Shown piece by piece: positions 15,249-61,835 of a stretch of DNA of 64,000 nucleotides; within the stretch, counting starts at the first letter, position 1, and each line of letters opens with the position of its first letter. Position numbers and translations under genes: made by a program. Source of the stretch: the human T2T-CHM13v2.0 reference genome, Homo sapiens; NCBI RefSeq assembly GCF_009914755.1, contig NC_060934.1, one strand, 5' to 3'. The notes below the pieces were generated by a model. That model made no database searches. It had not been told where the DNA came from and was given only the letters and a program-made list of their open reading frames with translations.

Positions 15249-15615
15249 AGGAGCTCCAAATGACTGCAAGAGAGAGTTTGGAGATGGTCCAAGAGCTGGG
15301 ATTGGAATTGGAGAACTAGGTTATAGCCAGATACTGGAGAGTTTCACATGCCATGCTAAGAAATTTGAACTTTATCCCATAGGATTGCAGGTGAACGATA
15401 TTCAGCAGGAGAGTACCTGGTCTTATTTGCCTCTGAGCATGCTGGGTGGAGAGGCATGATGAAAGTGGAGACCTCTTTGGTGTGCACTAAGTAGGTTAAT
15501 AAGCAATGTTCAGAGAATCTTCCATTCAAAGTAAAAAAATTTCTCACCTTTTTTTCTCATTTCTCAAGGTGGTTTCTAATTCGGTCTTGAGAGCCAGACA
15601 TTCTTCCTGGTTTGG

Positions 15616-16196
15616 GTTTTGTATTCTTTTATGAGTTCATCAATCAGGTGAGGCCACAAGGGGAGACTTAGTGCTCAGGAACACAAAACCTATTATACTC
15701 TTGGGTCCTAGAGACAGCAGGCACAGCAGGCCACACAGGACCACATGGGGAAGACACCAGGGTGGCCAGGAGACTGAGGACAGGAGCATGCATTTGATAT
15801 ACAAACTAACCAGCACAGAGCTACATCTCTATCTGGCCCTACGCTCCAGAGACCATATTCCTCTCCTTAATCATCCCAGGGCCAGGTACAAGACAACTAG
15901 AAACCGTGCCTAGAGCCAAAGCCCGCTGGAATGATTCAAACTAGCTAGTCCTAAGCTGTTCACCCTGCCTTGCCTTGCCTTTCCCATGGAAACCCGGTAA
16001 AAGCTATGGCCTAGGTGGCCCCCTCACCTGTCTTCTGCCTCCTGACCACCCTGATGTCTTTCCCATGTGGAGTGGCATGGAATGCCTCCTGTTTCTAGGA
16101 CCTGTGTGTATCATAAACTTTATTTTCCTGAGCCTGTCCTGGGTCTCTTCTTGTGGCCACACCTGACTGACCACATCATAAAAGAATACAAAACAG
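15616..16196. mobile_element. Two head-to-head ERVL LTR fragments (MER74/MER21-like)
   Basis: The same LTR 3' terminus (cataaaagaatacaaaac) occurs on both strands, at 15616 and at 16196. Confidence 0.6.
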
Positions 16197-16892
16197 CTTG
16201 CCAGGTCCTTAGGTGGGCAGCATGATTGAGTGAGAAGGGCATAGGCCTGGGTTTTATTTCAGTGCCTTTATCTACTTGTGGCCTCAGACAAATTATTGAA
16301 CTTCTCTGGGTCTCAATTTCCTCATCTATAAAAATGACCCTTGCAGTGTACGAGTCAGAATAAACTAGATTATGCTGCTGTAATAGATAAACCCTGAATC
16401 TTAGCCACCTGTATCAGTAAAGGTTTCCTTCTTGCTCTCAGTGCATATGCAGTGAGGGTCAGCTGGCCACTCTGCTCCCTGCTCCCTGACTTAGCACACA
16501 GGCTGATGGCACGCCCACTGTCTGTGATCACATTAGGATCTTGGTGACAGATGGAAGGAGCACTCTGGTGGGTCGTCCACCTGCAATTAAATACACCGGC
16601 ATGGAATTGGCAATCCATGCCTCTCCTCACAGCTCCGTGGTTGGAAATCACATGGCCCTGCTCCACCACAAAGGGGCCCTGTGTGACTACCACAGATGCC
16701 TACTCCACAGGTGTAGGGTGAGGGTTACATGGGCTACAACACAAAGAGCCTGGTGCAGGGCTTGAAGGCTGGCAGGTTCTGACAAAACTCTTCTAGGAAG
16801 AGCAGCCTCCACCCACAGCTGTGGTCAAGACTACCAGATTCGCACTGGCAAGTACTTTAGAAAAAGCATACTGTCTACAGTAACACTGCTAA

Positions 16893-17329
<437 letters not shown>

Positions 17330-17799
17330 TAGACAGAGAGGGCTCCAAGGACAAAATTTGAGGAAAGATGGTTGATAATCTCTTGTGTAAGAAAGTTTTC
17401 ATTTGCAAGAAACAGGCAGAGCAACTTAAGCTGGCTTAAGCATGCATAGACTGATTGCCACAGGAGCTCCAAGTCCCGCTGCATGACAGGGTTCAGTTGG
17501 TTGATTCAGTTATAACAACTGGGACCCCAGTTCTCGCCATTCTTCCTGCTCTGGCATCCAGAGTGTTGATTTCGCTTGGCTTCCTTTGAAGACAGATCCC
17601 TTTTAAGGTCATGGAAAGGCTGTCAGAAGCTATACAGTGGGGTAGATAAATAATTGCTTCTGGAAATTTTCCCTAAAGATGTGTGGGCACTTTTCTAAAA
17701 GTCCCTATGAAATATTTGTGTGTTTCACTGGCTTAAATTTAACTATGACTTCTGTCCCTAGCAAGAAGGGTTGCCTTAAAGCCAGTTGGGCCTTCCCTT

Positions 17800-19300
17800 C
17801 TCCCCCACCTCTCCTTAACTTCTTGTAACCACTAATCCATTCTCCATTTCCATAATTTTGTCATTTTAAGAATGTTCTATAAATTGAATCATACTTGTAC
17901 TACCTTTGGGGATTGGCATTTTCTCATTCCACATAACTCTCTGGAGTTTCATAGAAGTTGTTGTGAGTATCAATAGTTATTTCTTTTGATATGGATTACC
18001 ACATGTTACTTAGCCATTCACTTATTTGAAGGATATCTGGGTTCTTTCTCATTTGGGGTCATTACAAGTTAAGTTGCTATGTATATTTTCGTAAAGGTTT
18101 TTGTATAAACACAAATCTTAATTTCTCTAGGATAAATACCCAAGGTGCAATTGCTGGGTCTTATGGTGATCGTGTGTTTAGTTTCGTAAGACCCAATCAA
18201 ACCATTTTCCACAATGTATACACTATTTTACATTCCCATGAGCAATGTATGAGCAATCCCCTTTCTCCATGTCCTCAGCAGCATTAGGTGTTGTCCTTAT
18301 TTTTTATTTGACCATCCTGATACATATGTGGAGATATCTTATTGTAGTTTAGTTTGCATTTCCCCAGTGGCTAATTGAAGTTGAGCATCTTTTCATGTGC
18401 TTATTTGCCATCTGTATATTATCTTCAGTGAAATATCCATTCATGTATTTTTCTTATTTTCTAATGGGATTTTTTTCTTTTGTCAAGGTTGAGTTTTGTG
18501 AGTTCTTTATGTATTCTAAATACTAGTCCTTTGTTCCGGATACTTCCTCCTCATTTGTTGCTTGGATCTTTTATCCTCTTAACAGAGACTTTTTACAGAG
18601 AAAAAGAATAAACAAAAAACAATTTGTCAAGTTTTCCTTTTCTTTTTACAGATCATGCTTTTGGTGTCAAGTCTGAGAACTCTTTGCCTAGCCTTAGATC
18701 CCAATGATTTTCTTCCCCTTTTTTTCCCTAAAAATCATATAGTTTTGCATTGACATGTAAGTCCAGGATCCATATGGAGTTCATTTTTGTACAAGGTGTG
18801 AGGTTTAATGTCAATGATCTTTTTTTTTTTTTTTTTCATCTACGGATGTCCTATTGTTCCAGCACCATTTATTGAAAAAGCAATTCTTTCCTCATTGAAT
18901 TTCTCCTGCATTTTGTCAAATATCAGTTGGGAATATTTGTGTGGGTCTATTTCTGGATTATCTATTCTGTTCCATTGATCTATGTGTCCATCTTTCTGTC
19001 TCACTATTACTGTAGCTATATAGTAAGCCTTAATATTAATTACAGTGATTCCTCCCACTCCACTCTACTTTTTGAAGATTATAGCTATTCTAGTGCTTGT
19101 GCATTTTCAAATAAGTTTCAGAAGATATTTTTATTTGTATAATGTAAATTACATTATGAATATACAATAAAATTTATAAAATTAATTTCAGAATAAACTC
19201 ATCTATGATTACAAAATACCTTGCTAGGATTTTGGTAAGAATTGCATTGGACCTATAAAATTAATTTGGGGAGAACTGATGCCTTTACTATGTTGAGTTT
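17800..19300 (-). mobile_element. Old L1 (L1M), ORF2 3' part and 3' UTR
   Basis: ORF 18840..19058 reads GGIT...[25 protein letters not shown], an L1 ORF2 signature. Confidence 0.85.
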
Positions 19301-21197
19301 GGAAGCCCACTTTTGCACTACAATTTAGTGCTGAATATGTATATGCTTTAGCAACCTCATAACAACGGTGTGCTGACACATAATAGGAGCTTCATAAATA
19401 TTTATGGCAGGGAGGAAGGATGGGAAGGCCAAGTGAAGTCTTGAAGAGTTTGGATCAGTTGTCCTTAAATCTGGCCACAGAAACAACCATCTGCTGAGCT
19501 TGGTAAAAGTACAGATTTCTGGGCTTCATCTCAGCCCTACTGATTCAGAATCTCCAGGGATGAGGCCAGTGAATCTGTATTTTGAACACCTGCTATAGTT
19601 GATCCTCAAGCACAGCCAGGTTTGTAGCATGTAGCAGCCAACAATGGAAGCAGTGTGCAGGCGCTGAGCTGAGTCTCCTAGGAATTAGCTGTTCTTTCTG
19701 ACATTTGCCCTGAAACAAAGCAAGTGGTAGCTGCAATTGAGTCCACCTAAGACAAATTAACATGTTCTTCCTGATATATGACTCAAAATGAGTATAGCAG
19801 CCTGGGAGTCAAGGGTGGTCCTTTCCTACAAGGAGGAGGACCAGATGTATTTTGAGCCTGTATCCACCAATTTCTTTTCCAAAGAGGAAATAAGCAACCA
19901 ATGTTCAGCAGAATGTGAGCAGTTCCTAAATTGTAAATACTGTTATTTAATCACTTCATTGCATACTTGATTAGTTCCCTAACCTTGAGGCCTGTGAAAC
20001 TGTAATGATGCACCAGGGGAGCTGGCCTCAGCTCTGAGAGAATTTAGAACAAGGCTGTTCAGATCCCTGGAAACATCTTTTTCATTAATAGCAGAAGAAG
20101 CCAAATGACCCATAAGATTTTTCTGTCATAAGGAGAACAGAAAAATTAGAAACAAAAGCACATAGAGGAGAGTTCATGAATTAGATTTTAGAGCACAGGC
20201 TTTTTAAATCTTAGTCTTTGTTTTTGTTTGGTTGGTTATTGTTGCTTTCCTTCTCTTATTTTGCAGTTTCAGTCTCTTTATTTTCAATGTAAAATTTATT
20301 ATATAAGTAATAGATATATAAAGGTAATTTTTAACAAAATAAAGTGTATTCTCCTAATCCCATCACCCAAACTTTGGTCAATTTCTGTTCCATTGCTGAG
20401 CCTCCCCTCTGTTCACGGTGCTTCTCCTTGTGCCTGCGAGGCATTCCATAGTTGTAACCAGCATGTAATTCTGAGTTATTATATCAAACACTTTACTAAG
20501 TTGCGAGTTCTTCGTAGTTATATTACTTTCTTGGCAGTGCAGTATTCTATTATGCTATTGTACCATCATTTTCTCTAATGTTATCATTATTCTAATGCAT
20601 TTCAGCCAATTCCAATTTGTTGTTTTTATCAAGAGCACTACAGTGAACATTTTTAAATAAATTGATTTTTTTCTTATTCTGGATTATTTCTGTGGGATAA
20701 TTCTCAGGGATTTCATTGTTGGGTCAGTGGGTATACCCATTTTTATAGCTTTTGATATTTCTGAATATGCCAGCTTCAGCAAAATTTTGCCAGCATTGGA
20801 CAGTTTTTTTAAATTTTATGAATGTAATGAATGCAAATCAGTATATTGACATTGTTTTGGTTAGAATATTTTGTGTGTTTGTTGGCCATTTGTATTTTAT
20901 CGTATATTTTGTCTATGGAAATCCTGTATTGATCTATTATAAATTAAAATGGGCTTTCTAAATATTAAAAATATTAATCTTTGTTCACAATTATGTAAAT
21001 GCTTTCCCAACCCATTGCTATTCTTTTTACATGAGTTTTGTCATTATTATTGTATGGAAGTTTAAACTTTTTCAATATTGTCAGCTTTGTAGGTTTTCTG
21101 TTGTTATACTTTTGGTCTACTGCAGTAAGCTGGAAGAGTGATCATTCCTCTGCAGATCTGATAAAACGAGAGCCTGTTTCCTACCAGTCTTTCTCTG

Positions 21198-21200
<3 letters not shown>

Positions 21201-21243
<43 letters not shown>
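21201..21243. repeat. (TG)21 microsatellite
   Basis: Read directly from the sequence. Confidence 0.95.
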
Positions 21244-21246
<3 letters not shown>

Positions 21247-21887
21247 ATGTGATTCTAGTAGATGAAGTGGGCTTTGAAACTGAATCAATTTTCCAGCTCT
21301 CCCAGTTGTATCAATGAAGTTGTCTCCCCTTCCCCTATGCTGAGACCCCAACTTTGCCCTGCTTTCTCTGTTACACAGCACCAGGTATGCTCCTGGGCCT
21401 GCCTGTGGTCCCCCAGTGTTTCTTTTGTGCATTTGCTAATCCATGTGTCTTTAGTTCTTTGTCCTAATATGGGGTAATGCTGGATCTAACACATCACTCT
21501 GCTTTCTTTACTAGATATCCCCATCTTATTTTTCCTTCATATGCTTTGTAGAATCAGGTATAAAGTCCAAAAGGAAAGTCCTTTTAAAAGAATGTATAGC
21601 TATGTGGAGTTGTATAGAAAAGATACAGAAAGATATCAAAACATATTACACCCATAACCTTGGAGCCAAGCCCCTTAACAGAGTCCTTCCACTGTGATAA
21701 CCATAAAACTCCTTTGTTCCAAGGTGAACTATGAAGTGCACCCTGCAACACTGTATCTGTCCCGGAGAGTGTGTGCCAGTGCTGCAGCAAGACTTCACCC
21801 TGCCTGGGGTATCTTGGAGGAAGAGATTGGTTCTCAATTCCTTTCACAAAGGGAAGCCCCCACCCCCTTCTCACCACCTCCCCTTCC

Positions 21888-21890
<3 letters not shown>

Positions 21891-21936
<46 letters not shown>

Positions 21937-21941
21937 GCACA
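21891..21941. repeat. Compound (CG)n(CA)n microsatellite
   Basis: acgcgcgcgc(ac)n gcacgcac. Confidence 0.95.
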
Positions 21942-22244
21942 AAGCTTTGCTGGACGTAAACCCCAGAACTGAAGAGAGGCAACAGCCATGATTCAAAATG
22001 AGTCTTGGAATCGACAAGCATGCTCTTCTTGAAGTGAGCTCTTAACAACTGGGCCAGGCCCTTCATCCCAGGTCACCTTTGCAGGAGCCTACAGGTTTCT
22101 TTCCCAGTGGCAGAGCTGGTGGGTACACTCTTTGGACCAAGGTCACCTGAGGGCTCTTCTATCCAAAGGACCTCCATGCAGAAACCCTCAGTCTCTGCCT
22201 CGGAAGACGGCTGTTCTCTGTGTTTATCTAAAACAATAAGCAGC

Positions 22245-22250
22245 TTTAAT
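22245..22250 (-). terminator. Candidate distal poly(A) signal ATTAAA
   Basis: tttaat on +; followed on the minus strand by T/GT-rich GCTGCTTATTGTTTT. Confidence 0.45.
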
Positions 22251-22380
22251 GGGTGACCTCGTCATTTTGCCAGTAGCCTTCCCTAAACAGAACAGTTCCG
22301 TCCTCTTCTTAATCCCACTGAGCAAGGGAGTTTTCCTTAGCCTCATAAAAGAGAAATATTTTGTGAAGGAAAAGTAGGAC

Positions 22381-22402
22381 TCATGCCACTTTATGGAAAG
22401 AC
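22381..22402 (-). CDS. FRMPD2: Predicted alternative terminal exon, coding part: (R)SFHKVA*
   Basis: tttgtgtaacacag|G acceptor in phase 2; TGA at 22383-22381; ATTAAA about 130 nt downstream. Confidence 0.45.
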
Positions 22403-22534
22403 CTGTGTTACACAAATTCACATGAAAGACACATTCTAGGGGAAATGTGAAAAGCCACCAAAAGTAGAAGCAGACAGATGTAGTGTGAATCCACCTGTCC
22501 TACCTGTATGAGCTCAGGAAATTAAATCTTCTAA

Positions 22535-22841
<307 letters not shown>

Positions 22842-25031
22842 CTAAGCCCCCTTTAAAAACAGAAATAAGAATATCACTCAAAACTGACATAAGGATTAAG
22901 TTAAATCACATGTAGAAACTACCTTACGCACTATGACTGTCTTAATGTCTAAAAGGACCAAACAAAATAATTGGTGATTAGGTTTAAAGGCTGCACTGCT
23001 CTGTAGGCAAAGTCCTCTTTATAAATGAGATAATATATACAGTGGAGGGGGTTCAGCTTATAGGGGTTATAGACACTTTGGAGAATTTAAAGGCTGTTAA
23101 GACCTGTATTTCCCAAAAGAAGCACACAAGTCAACATTCTAGGTGCAATAGCCCATAGATGCCATGAAGAACACCTGTGGGCTGCTGCATGGAGCCAAAC
23201 TAAGAACTCATGCCTTGGGCACTCATGTTGGCACACCCATCCTCTGTCTGCAGGGGAGGGTGAGACCTGTTCTCCTTTTTGTGCAGGATCAGTGATTCTA
23301 ACAGGACTCACCCTGAGCACAGCCCATGCTACAGTCCATACATAGATGAGGGCATGGTAGAGCCTGGCACCCTTGCCATAGGTGAGTGCTTCTCCCCACC
23401 CAGACCCATACCACATGTTAGGGCACAAGTCCAACTGTCTAGTTTCTTTGACTACATGGAAAAAACCCAACAGGATTGAATGCATTAAAAAGCTTATATC
23501 TTCTCACTGGAGTAATTCTCTCCTTTGTGATTGATGATAAAAATAGCTAATGTTTTTTAAGCCCTTACCACTACACACCTGGCGTTGTCATAACCGCATG
23601 AAGTGGGTTTGGTTATCTGGCAGTCAGCTGCATATTGAATGGTTTAAAAGTCATGTGCTGCAGGTCTCCCAGCCAGTGAGTGGCAGGGCCAGGCTTCAAA
23701 TCTGAGCTCCCCCAACCACAATGCCACATCTTCTGCCTTTCTCTTCCCGGCTGGCTCAGACGCACTGCAGATCTCAGTGGACTGGCCCTTGTGGTCCCCA
23801 CCAATTGCTCAGCCTTCTTCTTCCTGTTTCCCAGCCCTGCGGAGCCAGCTCCAAGAAGACTGCCCCCTGCATACAAGCTGCTTCCTGCTTGCCCACACTT
23901 CTGTGAATCCATAACGTACACTCCCAATGCTGTAAAGTGTTGTACTTCCCCATAAATGAACATGCACAGTCTTCAAAGCCTCTGAATCTTCCACTCTATT
24001 AACTTGTTGCTTCCTATTTCAGATAAGAACCAGCCCTTTTGTTATATTTTAATTTCAAATATCCACTCTCCTTATCAGCTGGCCCACCACTGTCCTCTGA
24101 GGCTCCAGCTCAATCATTTGTGGTGGCTGAGCTTCCTTATGTACAGCCAGGAAAATGGAGCTGGGACACAATAGGAGGAAAGTTAAGGAGTGGGTTTCAA
24201 TTATACTTGAAACTTCTCAAACTGTTGTCTCGTTAAGTTTCAGTGGACCTTGAAACTGTGTTTATGTGAAAGTTTTTGGAACATTCAGCATTTTTAAATA
24301 TACACTGTAAGTACTTTAACAGAATGTTGGGTGGTTACAGACCTGCCCAGAATTTAACCTCCCTTCCTCCCAGTGTGACAGTTTCTGTTGCCCTTACTTT
24401 TTCTGTGTCCTCATCAATATGTTCTGACCCTGCCTGGTGACCAGGTCAGCTTCTGGTGGCTCCTTGCATTAACAGTGAGACTTTCCTGATGCTGGTCTAT
24501 ACTCAGCCACAGCAGTCCAACAAGATGGGCCCTATGACAGGACACCAAGACTCTTCTCTGCAGTACATCCAGCAGAGGGGCAGGTAGGAGCAGGCAAAAC
24601 AGGAATCAGCACTAGACATTCAGACCCCCAAAAGAGAGAGACCTGAGGAGAGAGATGCACACTCCTGTACATAGGAGGCAGAACAGATGGGTGCTCGACA
24701 GGTGGGCCGTGGAGTGGGGAACCGATCAGGTTTGAATTCTAGTTCTGTCACTTACTTATTGGATAACCTTGGGAAAGCCCCAAATGTGTCATGTGTGAAA
24801 TGGGGGTGATGACAGTCCCCATGTTGTAGGTCGTTGTCATGGTGCAAGGGCCATGGTAAGTGTTCTGTGAAAATGGCCATTACAATGACGCATGACCCCC
24901 AAAGAAGATGCAGGGGAAACTGGGCAATGCCCACAGACCATCCCCCACCCCCAGTTGAAGTGGCTTGATAGCACTGAGCCCTGCTCTGGTCAGAGCTCAG
25001 CCCCAGTCCACCCAGCCAGAGTGATACCCAC

Positions 25032-25313
25032 CTGAGGGCACCGTATTCCAGGGCCACAGGCTCCTCCAGGTCTTCCCATTCACTCCCACTCTCTGGGGAC
25101 TCTTCTGGAGGCAAAGACTCTGGGACAGTGCCCCAAGAGCAGAACTGTGGCAAGGGAATGGTCCCAGAATCTGCCTCCAAACATTCTTCACAGGGTAGCT
25201 GGCCTTGGCATGTAGAGTTGATGGTAAGATACTCTTCATCCTCCGAGGTGGGAGAAGGGGCTCCACATGGATGGTACATGTCACCTTCCCCATCCTCCCC
25301 ATCCAATTCAGGA
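25032..25313 (-). CDS. FRMPD2: Predicted alternative FRMPD2 exon (282 nt, phase 2 to 2): (S)PELDGEDGEGDMY...SEWEDLEEPVALEYGAL(R)
   Basis: cttctgtattctag|T acceptor and CTCAG|gtgggt donor; 93 open codons in the phase demanded by the 32267 donor; acidic, protein-like composition. Confidence 0.7.
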
Positions 25314-25705
25314 CTAGAATACAGAAGCCCATGTTTCTTCCAGCCTTGATAAAAAAAATTCCTCACCCCACCTTCCCCTTGCCTTTTAGAATACTCTGCA
25401 CGACACAGGCCCGTGAGACTCAGCCAGTGTTCAAACAGCTCATGCCAGAGGCTGCTCTGGGCACCAGGAAGCAAGAAACTTATAAGGCACCAACCCTGGC
25501 TTTGAGGAGCCCCCAATTTAATGAGAAGTTGGAGCAGTAAAGAAATGTTACAGTCCATGTAGGAAGTGCTATGATAGAAGCAGCTGGAGCACCTTACCGA
25601 GCTCAGGAGACCGGGGGGGTGGGGGGGCTTGCCAGAGGGCACAGCATTGCAAGCAGGGCAATGACCCAGTTCTAAGACAGACTCGTCACATGGCAAGCAG
25701 AGTCG

Positions 25706-25820
25706 GTCAGACTTTGGACAAGTTTATTGACTTCTTTGGAACCTCAGTTTTCTCATTTGACAAAACTAGATGGTCAAGAAGCGTCTAGGATTATTGGGAC
25801 ACGTAAATTACATAATTCTG
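25706..25820 (+). mobile_element. MIR in the distal FRMPD2 3' UTR, antisense to the gene
   Basis: gactttggacaagtttattgacttctttggaacctcagttttctcatttgacaaaact aligns to the MIR core gaccttgggcaagttacttaacctctctgagcctcagtttcctcatctgtaaaatg. Confidence 0.7.
25723..25728 (-). terminator. Poly(A) signal AATAAA of the canonical FRMPD2 3' UTR (about 560 nt)
   Basis: First AATAAA I found downstream of the stop codon on the minus strand (tttatt on +); embedded in a MIR. Confidence 0.7.
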
Positions 25821-26260
25821 ACACAGCCCCCCCAACTCTGGGTTCCTGGTATGGGGTAAGTTTTTAGTAAATGTGAGATGCTGTGATTAGTACTGTGAAT
25901 ATGATGGCTATTTCAACAGAAGAATTATAAAGAAAGGGCTTCAGGAAGGGATTGGGAGTGACTCAAGCAGGCAACCATCAAAGCACTTTGTGCAAAGATC
26001 AGGTCCTTTTCTGAGCACTGAAAATTTGCCTATTTAGAGATGCGGCAAGCTGAAGTGACATTTACTCCCCGCGGAAGGACACAGGAGGCAGACGAGTGGT
26101 GAAGCTCATTATCTGGTGATGCAGCCGCAGACGTAATGGTCAAAGAACAAGACTTCCAGGGGCTGCCCCAAGTTCGCCACACACGCCTCTTGATTAGAAA
26201 GAATAGTCCATGCAAAGGTAGGGCATTTTACACAGCACTGCAGACATGCAGAGAAGGTGC

Positions 26261-61835
<35,575 letters not shown>

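Noticed and set aside
24500-24560. Alternative acceptor after the 282-nt exon (would read EESWCPVIGPILLDCCG*)
   Set aside because: The phase fits, but I found no nearby poly(A) signal and no homology. It is weaker than the 22402 candidate, though not excluded.
24752-25696. 314-aa ORF as a stand-alone intronless gene
   Set aside because: Only 25032-25313 has splice signals and protein-like composition. The flanks run through non-coding and MIR-like sequence, and there is no promoter evidence.
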